Of a stretch of 64,000 bases of DNA, positions 1 to 13,269 are shown in pieces. This DNA is from the human T2T-CHM13v2.0 reference genome, Homo sapiens: NCBI RefSeq assembly GCF_009914755.1, contig NC_060929.1. One strand, 5' to 3'. The position numbers and the translations under genes were made by a program. The notes below the pieces were generated by a model. It saw only the letters and a program-made list of their open reading frames with translations, was not told the DNA's origin and did not search any database. Each line of letters opens with the position of its first letter. Positions within the stretch are counted from its first letter, which is position 1.

Positions 1-2194
1 TTCACCGGGCAACTTTTTGATGAGGAAGGACGCATTCCCAAGGGAACGGGGAGAACAACAGAGCAAGTTGGCTGAGCAACGGCCACCTGTGGCACCAAGG
101 ACAGAATGTCACTGATGACTTCCCGACAAGTGCCCTTTCCTGGGAATAATCTATTGTGAGAGAATGAAAGCTTATTCTGCCACCAACTCCTTTAAGCAGA
201 AATGAAGTCTTAGTGAGTAAAATAACACTGATGAGCAAGGCACTGCAGAGAAGCCTCAAGGGTCGGATTTCACATCCCCTTCGGACTTTCTCTTCAGGCA
301 GTTAAGCATTCACAAGAAAATCCCTTCTCTTTATGTGGCTTCTTCAGCCGCATCATTCATGAAACAATTTTCAAGAGAGGAAACACAATAAACCACCACA
401 CTTGCATTTCTCTTATCTGAGATGCCTCTTGAAATTTCTAACTAATCTTGAACATGGTTAATTTCTCCCCACCTTCACGCCTCAACCATTAATTTTTTTT
501 TTAAAGGGAGAGGAAAAAAAAAAAACAGAGGTCCCTTGTGTTACTCAGCAAGAGTATGTGATTTGTAAGTTTCTAAAAATCCTTCCAGCCTTGCTTATTT
601 TGACAAAACTACTTAACACTTCAAGCAATGAACTACAGGGCATAAAAGTATAATCTGCAGAGAAAACCTTAATCCTCTATAGTAACCTATTTGAATCTCC
701 TCAAACACATTTCCGTGTGTAGGCCCGGAGAATTAAGTCAATTGTTTGATCTGAGAAGAAAGGCAATTAGGGCTCTCTCTTGATCTTTCTGGTTGAATTC
801 TAGTCAGGGGCAGCCACTGTTCTCCACAGCCCCATTTGAGACCCCTATTATTATAATAATAGAGGTGAGCATTAAAATCGCTACAGTTGAGAGTCTCCCT
901 GCATTTTCATTATAAGTTGTTTTATCCGGGAGTTTCAAATCATGATGGGCTAATATTCAGCATACAAATGATTAGCTAGCGCAGGTCTGGTTTTCTTTTT
1001 TTTTTTTATAACTTCATTTAAAATTTCTTCTTTTACCTGACAAATATTTCAGCTGAAGTGAAAGAAAACTTGCAGAAGCAGCTACTGGGTGATGGGACAG
1101 CAGTGCCCATTCACTGCTGAGTTCCTGGCAGAGATGAGGCAGGGGCCTCTTCAAAGGGATGTCTCTGGGGCCACTGACGGTGCAAGAGAGGGACTAAGAA
1201 TCTAGCTGGGGCAGTCTTGAGGAAAAACTGGGAGTTCTGCCCTCATTTGCTTACTCAGAGCAGCTCCCAAATATCCACATAGGAACAGCACAGTGACAAC
1301 AATCTAGCTGGAAATGAAAACTGGAGATGTGTTTATATAGTTCCATTATATAAGATTGAATAGAGATCATTTGTCCATAGCAAAGAATATTAGAGAGGGA
1401 GTTGTTCCTGGAGATTATGGGAGTCGGTGACTGAAGCCTATCCCAAGCCACCCGATAGTGCTGTCGCTGATGACTAAGCCTTTCCTCGGGTTTCTGGAGT
1501 TCTATCTTATCATCTAAAATAATGCTATGGGAGCTGTTATTCAGCTGCTTTGTCCATTTTATATGAGCTCCCTGACTCGGAGAAGTCAGGGAAAAGCCAG
1601 AAGACAAGAGAAGATAAGCTCCCCTGCTTCCTGCCAGATTCCACTGGGCTGGTGGGGTCTGTTTAGCTCACAGCCAAATCCAAGTGCAGAAATCCAGAGA
1701 GGGTGAACCTGCTCCTGTCTCCAGGGAGTCATTCTCTGCCTTAGCCCGAGTCCCTGCAGGAGGGTTGCATCCAGGTAGCGGGAGTTCTACTGTAGGTCAA
1801 TTGAGGCTTGAGGAAGAATGGCAAGGAATGCCTGGCTATTTTTACTCAGCAAACAGTAATGCAGGGCTCATGAAGAGCCAGGCACTGTGCTAGGAGCCCA
1901 TGATTCCAAGGTGGGTCAGTGATGATCTTGTCTGCCAGTAGCTTGTGGCATAGTTGGGGAAGATGGGTAAGTCAAGAGACGGCGACAACTCAGTGTGAAA
2001 AACGTGATTCAGGAAAGAGCCCGTGAATGTACACTGAACCTGGCTTTAAGGTCCAGGGGAAGGTTTGCAGGAGACAGTGCCTGAGCTGAGGCCCAAAAGA
2101 CAAGTAAAAACTAATCAGCAAGGAGGTCGCCTATTTCAGGCACGGCAAAGTCCTGTAGGGGAGAGATGCAGAATGTATTTAAATGTCTGCAACT

Positions 2195-2494
2195 GGCCAG
2201 GTGCGGTGGCTCATGTCTGTAATCCCAGCACTTCGGGAGGCCGAGGTGGGAGGATCACTTGAGCCCAGGAGTTTGAGACCACCCTGGACAACACGACAAG
2301 ATCCTGTCTGTATAAGAAATAGAATAATTAACTGGGTGTGGTAACACACACCAGTGGTTTCAGCTACTCGGGAGGCTGACATGGGAGGATCACCTGAGCC
2401 CAAGAGGTCAAGGCTGCAGTGAGCCATGATCACGCCAATGCACTCCAGCCTGGGCGACAGAGTAAGACCCTGTCTCAAAAACAAAAACAAAAAA
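2195..2494 (+). mobile_element. Alu (J-like)
   Basis: Full dimer; TSD-like tctgcaact on both sides. Confidence 0.95.
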
Positions 2495-2604
2495 TCTGCA
2501 ACTAGTTCTGTAAGGCTGGGTTGAATACCTGCTCTTGAGGCAACTAATGCCGTCACAAGGAATTTGGGCTTTATTCTACAGGCTATGGGAAACTCTGGGT
2601 GGTG

Positions 2605-2932
2605 GTTGTTTTGTTTTTTGCTTGTTTGTTTGTTTTTGTTTTTTTGGAGACAGGGTCTTGCCCTGTTGCACAGGCTGGAGTGCGGTGGTAAGATTATGGC
2701 TCACTGCAGCCTCAACCTCCAGAGCTCAAGTAATCCTCTTGCTTCAGCCTCCCAAGTAGCTGGGACTACAATTATGTGCCACCAAACACGGCTAATTTTT
2801 AAAAAAAAAATTTAATAGAGAAGGGGTCTCACTTTGTTGCCCAGGCTAGTCTCAAACTCCTGAGCTCAAGCGATCCACCAGCCTCAGCCTCCCAAAGTGC
2901 TGGGATAACAGGCGTGAGCCACCATGCCCAGC
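2605..2932 (-). mobile_element. Alu (J-like)
   Basis: Full dimer with (TTTG)-rich tail. Confidence 0.95.
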
Positions 2933-2960
2933 TGATAAAATATTTTAAACACAATAGTAA

Positions 2961-3279
<319 letters not shown>

Positions 3280-3479
3280 TAGAATGCATTAGTTTTCTAT
3301 TACTGCGTAACAAATTTCCTCAAACTTAGGTGCTTAAAGCAACATCTCTAGCCAAGCTGACATATAAAATTAACCATCACAAACATCTATTACCCCAAAG
3401 AATTTGAGAGCTGGGACTATTGAAATAATTATTTTGGGGGGCATGGAGGGGGAAAGAATCATGAAATACACATTTGCCA

Positions 3480-4430
3480 CAAATTTTGAACCTAAGCCTT
3501 AAAATCAAGCCTTTCTATCGAATACAGATGATAAAGGGAAGAAAAAGTAAATGACACCACAAGAAAGCAATGCATCAAATGCAGAGTGTGGGAAAGACTG
3601 TGGGACAACTGACCCAGTTTCTTCAACTAGTCATGAAAAAAAAAAGGGAGTGGAGAACTGTTCTAGATTTAAATGACCTAAGAGACAAAAACCAAATGCA
3701 ATGTGTGGATTTCTCTGTTTTGCAAAGTGCAAGACAGAGATCAAGAATCTAGTTAGGGTGGTCTCAAAGAAAAACTGGAATTTCTGCCCTTATTTACCTC
3801 CTCAGGGCAGTTCCCAAATATCTACATGAGAACAGCACAGCAACAACAATCTACTGGGAAATCAACCTGGAGATGTGTTTACACGGCTCAACTATGTAAG
3901 AGTGAATAAAGATCATTTGTCCATAGCAAAGAACACCGGAGAGGAAGTCGCTCCTGTAGATCACGGGAGTCGGTGAGTCATTACTGGAACAAACTAGCTG
4001 GACATGTGAATATGGACTGTTTTTTTGTTGGTGGTGGTTTTTTTGGTTTGTTTGTTTTGGTTTGGTTTTTTTGAGACAGAGTTTCGCTCTTGTTGCCCAG
4101 GCTGAAGTGCAATGGCAATCTCGGCTCACCGCAATATCCGCCTCCTGGGTTCAAGTGATTCTTCTGTCTCAGCCTCCCGAGTAGCTGGGATTACAGGCAT
4201 GCACCACCACGCCTGGCTAATTTTTTGTATTTTTAATAGAGAGGGGGTGTCTCCATGTTGGTCAGGCTGGTCTGGAACTCTCAACCTCAGGTGATCCACC
4301 CGCCTTGGCCTCCCAAAGTGCTAGGATTATGGGCATGAGCCACTGCACCCAGCCTGGACTGGTCATTTTAAGTTATTAAGGAGTCTTTGATAATTTTGTT
4401 AGGTGTCATAATGGGAATGTAATTAAAAAT
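3480..4430 (+). mobile_element. Old L1M 3' UTR remnant interrupted by a local duplicate segment and an Alu
   Basis: gacctaagagaca..accaaatgcaatgtgtggat ... tgaatatggactg ... taattttgttaggtgt. Confidence 0.55.
4020..4334 (-). mobile_element. Alu (S-like)
   Basis: Full dimer; TSD tggactg. Confidence 0.95.
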
Positions 4431-5166
4431 AAATATATAAAATGTTTGGCCTGAAAACAAGCTTTTTGTCCTGGGGAGTATGGTAAGGTAAAGTCAGCAG
4501 CATGGCAGACTAAAGTCACCCCTGAAGATTAAACTGATCTCTACCCTTCCAGAAGGAATGAGTCACTGTCTCTTCTCTGATCCTCTGTATGGCACCTTAT
4601 ATTCATGGATGTATGTGTTTCCTTTTCTAACTAGAGAGCTCCTTGAGGACAAGGACTCTGCTTTTAACCTTCCACACCCAGGATATATTCGATGTTACAA
4701 ATACTGATAAAATAAATCTCAGAATGCAACACATCCTCAAAACCCCTAATTCATAAGAATTTATTTTATATCACAGTTGTTATATTTTAAATTTTCTTTT
4801 TAATCTAAGAGTAGGGGCATTCCTGAACCACAGGTGAACAAGTCAACATTAAGGAACTATATTAGCCCATTCTTACACTGCTATAGAGAAATACCTGAAA
4901 CTGGGTAATTTATAACAAAAAGAGGTTTAATTGGCTCATAGTTCCTCAGGCTGTACAGGAAGCATGATGCTGGCATCTGCTCAGCTTCTGGGGAGGCCTC
5001 AGGAAAACTTACAATCATGGTAGAAGGCAAACGGGGAGCGAGGTTTCTCATACGGAGAAAACAGGAGGATGGAGGAGGTGCTGCATAAATGATATCTCAT
5101 GAGAACTCACTATCATGAGAATAGCACCAAGAGGATGGTGTTACAGCATTCATGAGAAATCCACCC

Positions 5167-5573
5167 TGTATTAGTCCATTCTTGCACTGCTATAAACAAA
5201 TACCAGAGACTGGGTAATTTATCAAGAAAAGAGTTTCAATCAGCTCACAGTCTGCAGGCTGTACAGGAAGCATGGCAGCATCCACTTCCAGAAAGGCCTC
5301 AGGGAGCTTTTACTCATGGTAGAAGGCAAAGCAGAAGCCAGAGCTTCACATGGTGGGAGCAGGAGGAAGAGAGGGCGGGGAGGTGCTGCACACTTTCAAC
5401 CAAATGTAGAAAGAACTCACTATCACGAGAACAGTACCAAGAGCATGGTGCTAAACCATTCGTGAGAACTCCACCGTCATGATTCAATCACCTCCCATCA
5501 GGCCCCACCTCTAACACTGAGGATTACAACTCAACATGAGATTTGATGGGAGACACAGATCCAAACCATATCA
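5167..5573 (-). mobile_element. Solo MST LTR nested inside an MST LTR
   Basis: tgtattagtcc...caaaccatatca termini; flanks caccc / caacc; host LTR resumes afterwards. Confidence 0.8.
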
Positions 5574-6907
5574 CAACCCCATGATGCAACCACTTCCCAA
5601 TAGGCCCCATCTCCAACACTGGGGACACAGATCCAACCATACAATTCCACCCTGGACCTTCAAATCCCATGTCCTTCTCAAACTGCAAAATACAATCATC
5701 GCTTCTCAACAGTCCCCCAAAGTCTTAAATCATTTCAGCATTAACTAAAAAGTCCAAAGTCCAAAGTCTCATCTGAGACAAAGCTAGTCTTTTCCACCTA
5801 TGACCCTGTAAAATAAAAAACAAGTTAGTTACTCCATGATACAATGGGGGTATAGGCATTGGGTAAATACTCCCATTCCAAAAGGCAGAAGTTGGCCAAA
5901 AGAAGGGTCTAAGGCCCCATGCAAGGCAGCAGGGCAGTCATTAAATCTTAAAGCTCCAAAATAATCTCCTTTGATTCTATGTCTCACATCCAGGGTGCAC
6001 TGATGCAAGGGCAAGGGATGGGGTCCCAAGGCCTTAGGCAGCTCCTTCCCTGTGGCTTCTCAGTGTTCAGCCCCTGCAGCTGCTCTCACAGATTGTAGTT
6101 GAGTGCCTTTAGCTTTTCTATGTGCAGGATGCAAGCTGATGGTGGCTCTACCATACTGGGGTCTGGAGGATGGTGGCCCTCTTCTCATGGCCCCACTAGG
6201 CAGTTCTCCAGCGAGGACTGTGTGTGGGGGCTCCAACCCTACATTTCCCCTCCACACTGCCCTAGTAGAGGTTCTCCATCATGGCTCTGCCCTTGGAACA
6301 GGCTTCTGCCTAGACATCCAGCCTTTTCTATCCATCCTCTAAAATCTGGGTGGAAGTTCTCAACACTCAACTCTTGCACTCTGTGCATCTGCAGGCTTAA
6401 CACCACATGGAAACTGCCAAGGCTTACAGCTTGCATCCTCTGAAGCAGCAGCCCAAGGCATACCTGGGCCCCTTTTAGCCACCAGTGGAGCTGGAGCAAA
6501 TGGGCTGGGGAAAGCAGTGTCCCAAAGCTGTGCAGGGCAGTAGGGCCCTGGGCCTGGCACATGAAACCATTTTTCCCTCCTAGACTTCTGGGCTGTGATG
6601 GGAGAGGCTGCCAGGAAGTTCTCTGAAATGCCTTTGAGGCCTTTTCCCCATTGTCTTGCCTATTAGCACTTGGCTCTTTTTTACTTATGCAAATTTCTGC
6701 AGCCTGCCTGAATCACTCCCCTGATAATGGGCTTTTCTTTTCTACCACATAGTCAGGCTGTCACATTTTCCAAACTTTTACACTCTGCTTCCCTTTTAAG
6801 TGTAAGTTCCAACTTCAGGTCATTTCTTTACTCATGTATATAAGCATAAGCCATCAGAAGTAGCCAGGCCACATTTTGAATGCTTTGCTGCTTAGAAATT
6901 TCTTCCT

Positions 6908-7190
6908 GGCTGGGTGTGGTGGCTCACGCCTGTAATCCCAGCACTTTGGGAGACCAACATAGGCAGATCACCTGAGGTCAGGAGTTCGAGACCAGCCTGG
7001 CCAACATGGTGAAACCCCATCTCTGCTAAAAGTACAAAAATTACCTGGGCATGGTGGTGGGCACCTATAATCCCAGCTACTCATGAGGCTGAGGCAGGAG
7101 AAGCTTGAACCCAGGAGGCGGAGGTTGCAGTGAGCTGAGATCACACCACTGCACTCCAGCCTGGGTGACAAGAGCGAGACTCCATCTAAA
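6908..7190 (+). mobile_element. Alu (S-like) inside the MST internal region
   Basis: TSD agaaatttcttcc encloses the Alu and its expanded purine tail. Confidence 0.95.
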
Positions 7191-7263
7191 AAAGAAAGAA
7201 AGAAAGAGAGAGAGAGAGAGGGAGGGAGGGAGGGAGGGAAAGAAGGAAAGAAGGAAAGAAGGA

Positions 7264-7319
<56 letters not shown>

Positions 7320-7392
7320 AAAGAAAGAAGGAGGAAAGAAAGAGGGAAAGAAGGAGGAAAGAAAGAGAAAGAAAGAGGAAGGGAGGGAGGGA

Positions 7393-7452
<60 letters not shown>

Positions 7453-7454
7453 AA
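7188..7454 (+). repeat. 267 nt pure purine compound microsatellite (GAAA/GA/GGGA/GGAA)
   Basis: No pyrimidine seen in this interval. Confidence 0.97.
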
Positions 7455-8109
7455 TTTCTTCCACTAGATACCCTAAATCATTACTCTCAAGTTCAAAGTT
7501 CCACAGGTCCCTAGGGTAGGGGCACAATGCAGCAAAATTCTTTCCTAGGGCATAACAAAAGTGACCTTTGCTTGGTTCCCGATAAGTTCCTGATTTTCAT
7601 CTGAGACCTCCTCAGCCTGGCCTTCACTGTCCCATATCACTATCAGCATTTTGGTCACAACCATTCAACCAGTCTCTAGGAAGTTCCAAACTTTCCCTCA
7701 TCTTCCTATCTTTTTCTGAACTCTCCAAACTCTTCCAATCTCTGCCTGTTACCTAGTTCCATAGTCGCTTCCACATTTTCAGGTGTTTTTACAGCAATAC
7801 CCCACATCTGGTACCAATTTTATTAGGGTGTTCTTGCACTACTATAAAGAAATACCTGAGACTGAGTAATTTATTTTTAAAAAAAAGAGGTTTAATTGAC
7901 TCACAGTTCCATGGGCTGTACAGGAAGCATGATGCTGGCATCTGCTTGGCTTCCGGGAAGGCCTCAGGAAAACTTACAATCACGGTGGAAGGCAAAGGGG
8001 AAGTGAGGCGTCTCGCATGGTGATGTCCAACTTGACATCAACACAGTTCAGCACAGAACTGAAAGAATATTTAAATAGTGTTGTTAAGTACCTGCCTCAA
8101 ATGGTGGTA

Positions 8110-8520
8110 GCAGTTGAGGTAACACTAGCTGCTAGAACAGAGAAATCCCCAGACTGAAGTGGCTTAACATATAGGTACTTGTTTCTCACTTACATAGTCT
8201 AAGCAGGATCCCCCTATCAACAGAGGGGAAGGGGTGGGGTGGGGTATGAGTGAGAGACTGCTCCATGCAGCCATTCGTGTGCTCGCTGATGGTGGCTGTA
8301 AAGGTCACCCTCCCTGGGTATCGAGATCTAGCCAGCAAATCAGGACAAGAGGAGGAAGAAATAGAAAACCTGCTTCCTAACACTGCAGCCTTAGTTCTTT
8401 ACATTCCTTAGGTGAGAGCTAGCCATGCAGCCTCAATGAAATGCAAAGATACTGAAATGTGGCCTCCAGTTGGGCAGTCATGTTCTGACAATAATTCTAC
8501 AAGAGGAAGAGAAATCTTTG
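8110..8520 (-). mobile_element. Old MLT1-like LTR
   Basis: ctagctgct..gtggcttaac..tttctcacttacatag pattern, highly diverged. Confidence 0.5.
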
Positions 8521-8546
8521 GGGATCAAGTAACCATCCCGTGTATG

Positions 8547-8850
8547 TTTTTTTTTTTGGTTTTTGTTTTTTTTGAGACAGAGTTTCGCTCTTGTTGCTCA
8601 GGCTGGAGTGCAATGGCGCTATCTTGGCTCACTGCAACCTTCGCCTCCCCAGTTCAAGCGATCTCCTGCCTCAGCCTCCCAAGTAGCTGGGATTACAGGG
8701 ATGCGCCACCATGCCTAATTTTGTATTTTTAGTAGAGATGGGGTTTCTCCATGTTGGTCAGGCTGGTCTTGAACTCCCAACCTCAGGTGATCCGCCCACC
8801 TCGGCCTCCCAAAGTGCTGGCATTACAGGCATGAGCCACTGCACTCAGCC
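8547..8850 (-). mobile_element. Alu (S-like)
   Basis: Full dimer. Confidence 0.95.
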
Positions 8851-9483
8851 TAGGTTGTTCTCTTAAATGTTCTGATATTTATAAGTAATATGATAATCCC
8901 TAATATGCTTATCTTTATTTCATCTTTCATGAGATAATAAACAAGTAATAAGTCTGGTGAAAAATTTTTGGGCTGGTACCTATAAGGAATATTTCTGCAA
9001 GGCTTCTGTAAATATGTCTTTACTCCCAGTTCAGAACAATTACCTGGGGAATTCACAAGGGGTCTTCATTTTGTACAAGGTAGTTGTAGAGAAATTTCAC
9101 AAAAACTTCACAAACTTATGAAAGAAGATGGAAATAATTCTTTAAAAGCCTGCTGGTTTAAGAAAATCTCATCTAGTGATGAAATAATTCAAAGGAGAGT
9201 TGAGTTCCTTTGCCATTATAAATTTATCGAATGTATTAAAACTAGTTTCAAAGCAATACATCATTGAAATGGTTTTCTGTCTTCAGCTTGGAAAAACAAT
9301 GCCCTCCCTTGTAGAAGTACATATGCCACTGATTTTTCTGTGTCTGTTTCTAATCTGTACTTCAGCCCAAGCATCTTTGTTGGGCTACAAAATCATATAT
9401 GTAACTGCTTATTAAACATCTCCACAGAGGCATTCTACAGTCCCCTCAAGTTCAACAGAGACAACTAAACATCTACTTTCTAA

Positions 9484-9777
<294 letters not shown>

Positions 9778-9859
9778 TAATCCTGCTTTTCTAAAAATAG
9801 TTTGCATCTTGATTGCACAAAAACTGGCCTGGTGCTCTCTCGCTTCCTTTCTCCTACCC

Positions 9860-10079
9860 TAGTGGTTCTTGACCAGGGGTGATTTTGCCCCCAGGGGATA
9901 TTTGGCAATATAGAAAGACATTTTCAGTTGTCACAACTAGGGGAAGGGGTGTTACTAGCACCTTGTGGGCAGACACCAGGGATTCAGCTAAACTCCTTAC
10001 AATGCACAAGAGAGTCCCCTGCCCCAACAAAGAATTATTGGGCCCCAAATATCAACAGTATTAAAATTGAGATACCTTG
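9860..10079. mobile_element. MER20 hAT-type DNA transposon
   Basis: agtggttctt..ggggtgattttgccccc..tacaatgcacaag..aagaattat..gccccaaatatcaacagt. Confidence 0.85.
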
Positions 10080-10205
10080 CCATACCCCATGACCGGTAGA
10101 TTTTTCTCTCTTACATGTCTCAAATCTGTTCCATTCCAGCATCCATATTCCCAATGCCTTGTTTCAGACCTTCATCACATCTTTCATGAAACATAATAAT
10201 AGGTT

Positions 10206-10544
10206 TGCTACAATCTGAATGTTGGTATCCCTCCACACTTCAAATTCATGTCAGAAACCTAATCACCAATGTGGCATTAGGTAAGGCCTTTTGGTATGTG
10301 ATTAGGTCAAGAGGACAGAGCCCTTACAGAGAGTAATGCCCTTATAAAAGGCCCCGAGGGCGACCTTGCCTCTTCCACCAGGTGAGGACACCGCAAAAAG
10401 TGAGGCTTCACCAGACAACACATCTGCAGGGACTTTGATCTTGGACTTCTCAGCCTCCAGAACTGTGAGAAATACATTTCCCGTTTATAAGTCACCGAGT
10501 TTATGGTGCTAGTATTTAGTTACAGCAGCACGAATGGACTAAGG
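10206..10544 (+). mobile_element. MLT1A-like MaLR solo LTR
   Basis: ctgaatgtt..aaattcatgt..cttctcagcctccagaactgtgagaaatacatttc..cagcagcacgaatggactaag. Confidence 0.8.
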
Positions 10545-11424
10545 CTCCTAACCCATTTTCTTGCCTCTCAATCCTGTTGCTTCCCTGGAAAGGCATATCT
10601 TCCCCCACCTTGCAAACTCCCTCTCATCAAGCTTCAGTGAATTCCTCAAGTATTAACTCCTCTGTGAAGCCTTCCCTGCCTGGGCTACTTTCCCTTCTTT
10701 CCTTCCCCATTTAGAAGCCCTTTGTCTGCACACACACCATCATTTGTCTCCCCAGCCAGACCCTAAGTGACTTGTGAGAAGAAACCTACATATTCAGCCT
10801 CTGTGACCAATAGCACTTAACACTCAGCTGAGTGAATATTTGAACATCCTCTTGCTGACTCTTCTAATCAAACTGGAACATGTGAGAACATTGGGTTGGG
10901 TAGGAGGCGGGGCTGGAATCTGTGGTCATAGGGGCCTCCTGAGTCGGCCTATGTGGCTAGCTAGTTACAGAATTTAGTGTCGGCCTCACCGTTGCTCTAT
11001 AGAACCCTGGGAGCTAAGCTGCGCTGATGTGCGTGGCAGGTTCCACTACAAGAGGTGCTCTAGTGTTTTATGGACTTGACTTCTCCAGGTTTCAAGAGCC
11101 ATTAATATGGACAGAGAACTTGAAAAGGGCCAAAGTGCTACAGAGAGTAAAAGTCAAGGTCCAACAAATTCCTGAAAAGCATGTTGGCTTTGACATTATT
11201 TTCATGCAATTCAAGAGTAGTAAAAGTGCTTATTTTTTAAAAAATTCAACTATTTCCCCTGCTTTTTTGCTTTTGCTCATAACATTTTCAAGGCCATCAG
11301 CATTCTTTTCCTTCCAGTCCTGCTGTCTGCTGCTCATATAACTTAAATAAAATGCTCAGAAAGAGCGCACCAAATAGGGTGGTAGATGTACGGAAACCAG
11401 TGTAGCTCAGAAATGAGCTCTCTT

Positions 11425-11506
11425 GGCCATGCGCGGTGGCTCATGCCTGTAATCCCAGCACCGTGGGAGGCTGAGGAGGGTGGATCGCTTGAGGCCAGGA
11501 GTTCGA
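11425..11506 (+). mobile_element. Alu 5' part, split by the provirus
   Basis: Ends ...caggagttcga; preceded by TSD agaaatgagctctctt. Confidence 0.92.
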
Positions 11507-11919
11507 TGTTGGGGTGATCAGACCCAACACCAGGTCGTGGGGGCGACGAAGTCCAGCAGAGTCAAAGGATTGAGAAAAAGAGAGTTTAAAAGAGAAAGGT
11601 GGGACACCAGGGGGCCATCACTATTGTGGAGGCTGGGAAGGCCCCGAGCTCTGGGAGCCCACGGTATTTATTGGCAATCCAACAAACAGGTGGTGAGAAT
11701 GTGGCGGTCAAAAGGACACATTGCATTAAGCATATGATTTACAGCTGTGATGGTTTAGCATTTATATGGAACATGTTCTGCTACTTGAGATAATGGGAAT
11801 AGGAGCCTAGGAGCCTAGGAGGGCTAGAAGCAAGGAGCCAGCAAGTTTAGACACATTCCAGAGGACATTATGCAAGCCCTGCCTCAGTTTCGCTCCCAAC
11901 ACTTGGCTTTTTCCCAACA
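11507..11919 (-). repeat. 3' LTR (LTR14-like)
   Basis: TG...CA termini (tgttggg...cccaaca); preceded by polypurine tract aaaaaagagaagggggg. Confidence 0.9.
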
Positions 11920-12659
11920 TGCCCCCCTTCTCTTTTTTGTAAAAGAGAAGGTATCATTATTACTAGCATAAGAGGTGGCCTCTTAATTGAGCAAGGCAAT
12001 TGCAAGCTGTGCAGCCCTTAATTGCCGGTTGGTGATCCAGCTTCATTTTTCTTAGCCTTTATTCAAACTGGACTTGCTCTGGTTTGAGTGCTTTCCACAT
12101 ATCTCCCCTTTCCCTTTTACAAGAGGACCCTTAATCCTAGGGGTTGCAGAAGGATGAAGGTCCATCTTCTGTAACTTCTTCATGCTGAATAGGGGTGATG
12201 ATATTCCTGCCTAACTATTAGGGTCTCTTATATTCGGGGTAGAGAGGAGCTGAGTCAGAAAGCATTGGTCCGTTAAGCATCGTGACTCTGGTCGGTCTTC
12301 ACTCCATCTTCGCATTCAGATTCAACTGGCTCATGGCTCGTACTGGGGAACCCGGTCCATGGTTGGGATTCATGGGTCCCTCCAGTCTCCTGTTCCATGG
12401 TCGTACACATCTTGAGGGCATCCACAAGGTTCATTCATCTCCTGCAAAAACACAAGTATACCCTCACACACACCCCCACCCCCATTAGTAAATCTACTGA
12501 AACAGAAGCAAAAACTTTTGTGGCTATAGCCGGGAGGTCACTGATAATGAGAAACAGGCCCCTTCTAACAGAAGTCACAGGGAAAGTAAATTGAGGCTTA
12601 AAAGCAATCCTTAAACCTTCAATTTGCACCGTACAGGTGGGTCCACTAGATGCGGTGGC

Positions 12660-12945
12660 TCACAATAGATCTTCAGATATTTGGTGGGCACGCACATAGG
12701 CACCTGATCATCACCTGGAGAGACACAAGCAAATCTTCCCCGTAAAATTATCTTTAGGCAGGGATCGGAGGAAGTAGACTCAGAGGTAAGGAGAATTTTG
12801 GGGCCTAACGGCTTCCTGATGTTTGATAGGTGTTCCCTCGGAAGTTAGGAATTCCTTTTCTCTCCATATTGCTGCGTGGGCATGGAGGACTAGGTAAGCA
12901 TACTTAGGTCTGTATATATATTTACCCTTTTTCCTTCTCCCAATT
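12660..12945 (-). pseudogene. pol: pol remnants: gamma-type RNase H C-terminal part joined to beta-type integrase C-terminus
   Basis: ELGEGKRVNIYTD..KYAYLVLHAHAAIWREKEFLTSEGTPIKHQEA, then GRFACVSPGDDQVPMCVPTKYLKIY. Confidence 0.8.
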
Positions 12946-13269
12946 CTAGTGTATAATGGCCCCTGCTTTTGTTAGGATGTCTCTCCCTAACAAAGGAGTG
13001 GGGCTTTCAGGCATAGTTAGAAAGGCATGTGAAAAGAGTAAACTTCCCCAGTCACAACTTAGTGGCTGGGAGAAGTATCCAGTGACTGGCTGTCCTAGGA
13101 CCCGTCGGATAGTGACAGATCTGGAGGACAGTTTTCCGGGACAGAAGAGTAAGACTGAGAAGGCTGCGCCAGTGTCCAGCAGATGGTTAACCTCCTGGCC
13201 CTCAATGGTCAAGCATACCCGGGGCTCTGTGAGGGTGATGGCATGGGCTGGCGCTTGCCCCCGGCACCC
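12946..13269 (-). pseudogene. pro: HERV-W-like aspartic protease
   Basis: LLDTGA and LLGRDIL motifs in ORF 12946..13212; in frame after the gag TGA. Confidence 0.9.

Larger units (their letters stand above)
4857..8022 (-). mobile_element. MaLR (MST-type) element: LTR, internal region and truncated second LTR, with a nested LTR and an Alu
   Basis: Three copies of ctgctata..gaaatacctgagactgggtaattt (~4860, 5167, ~7820); MST/THE1 internal-like sequence 5644-7815. Confidence 0.88.

Noticed and set aside
7105-7527. K/E/R-rich and F/L/S-rich ORFs
   Set aside because: Artefacts of the GAAA microsatellite
11920-12650. env gene in the provirus
   Set aside because: Only ~0.7 kb, with no ORF or recognisable env motif
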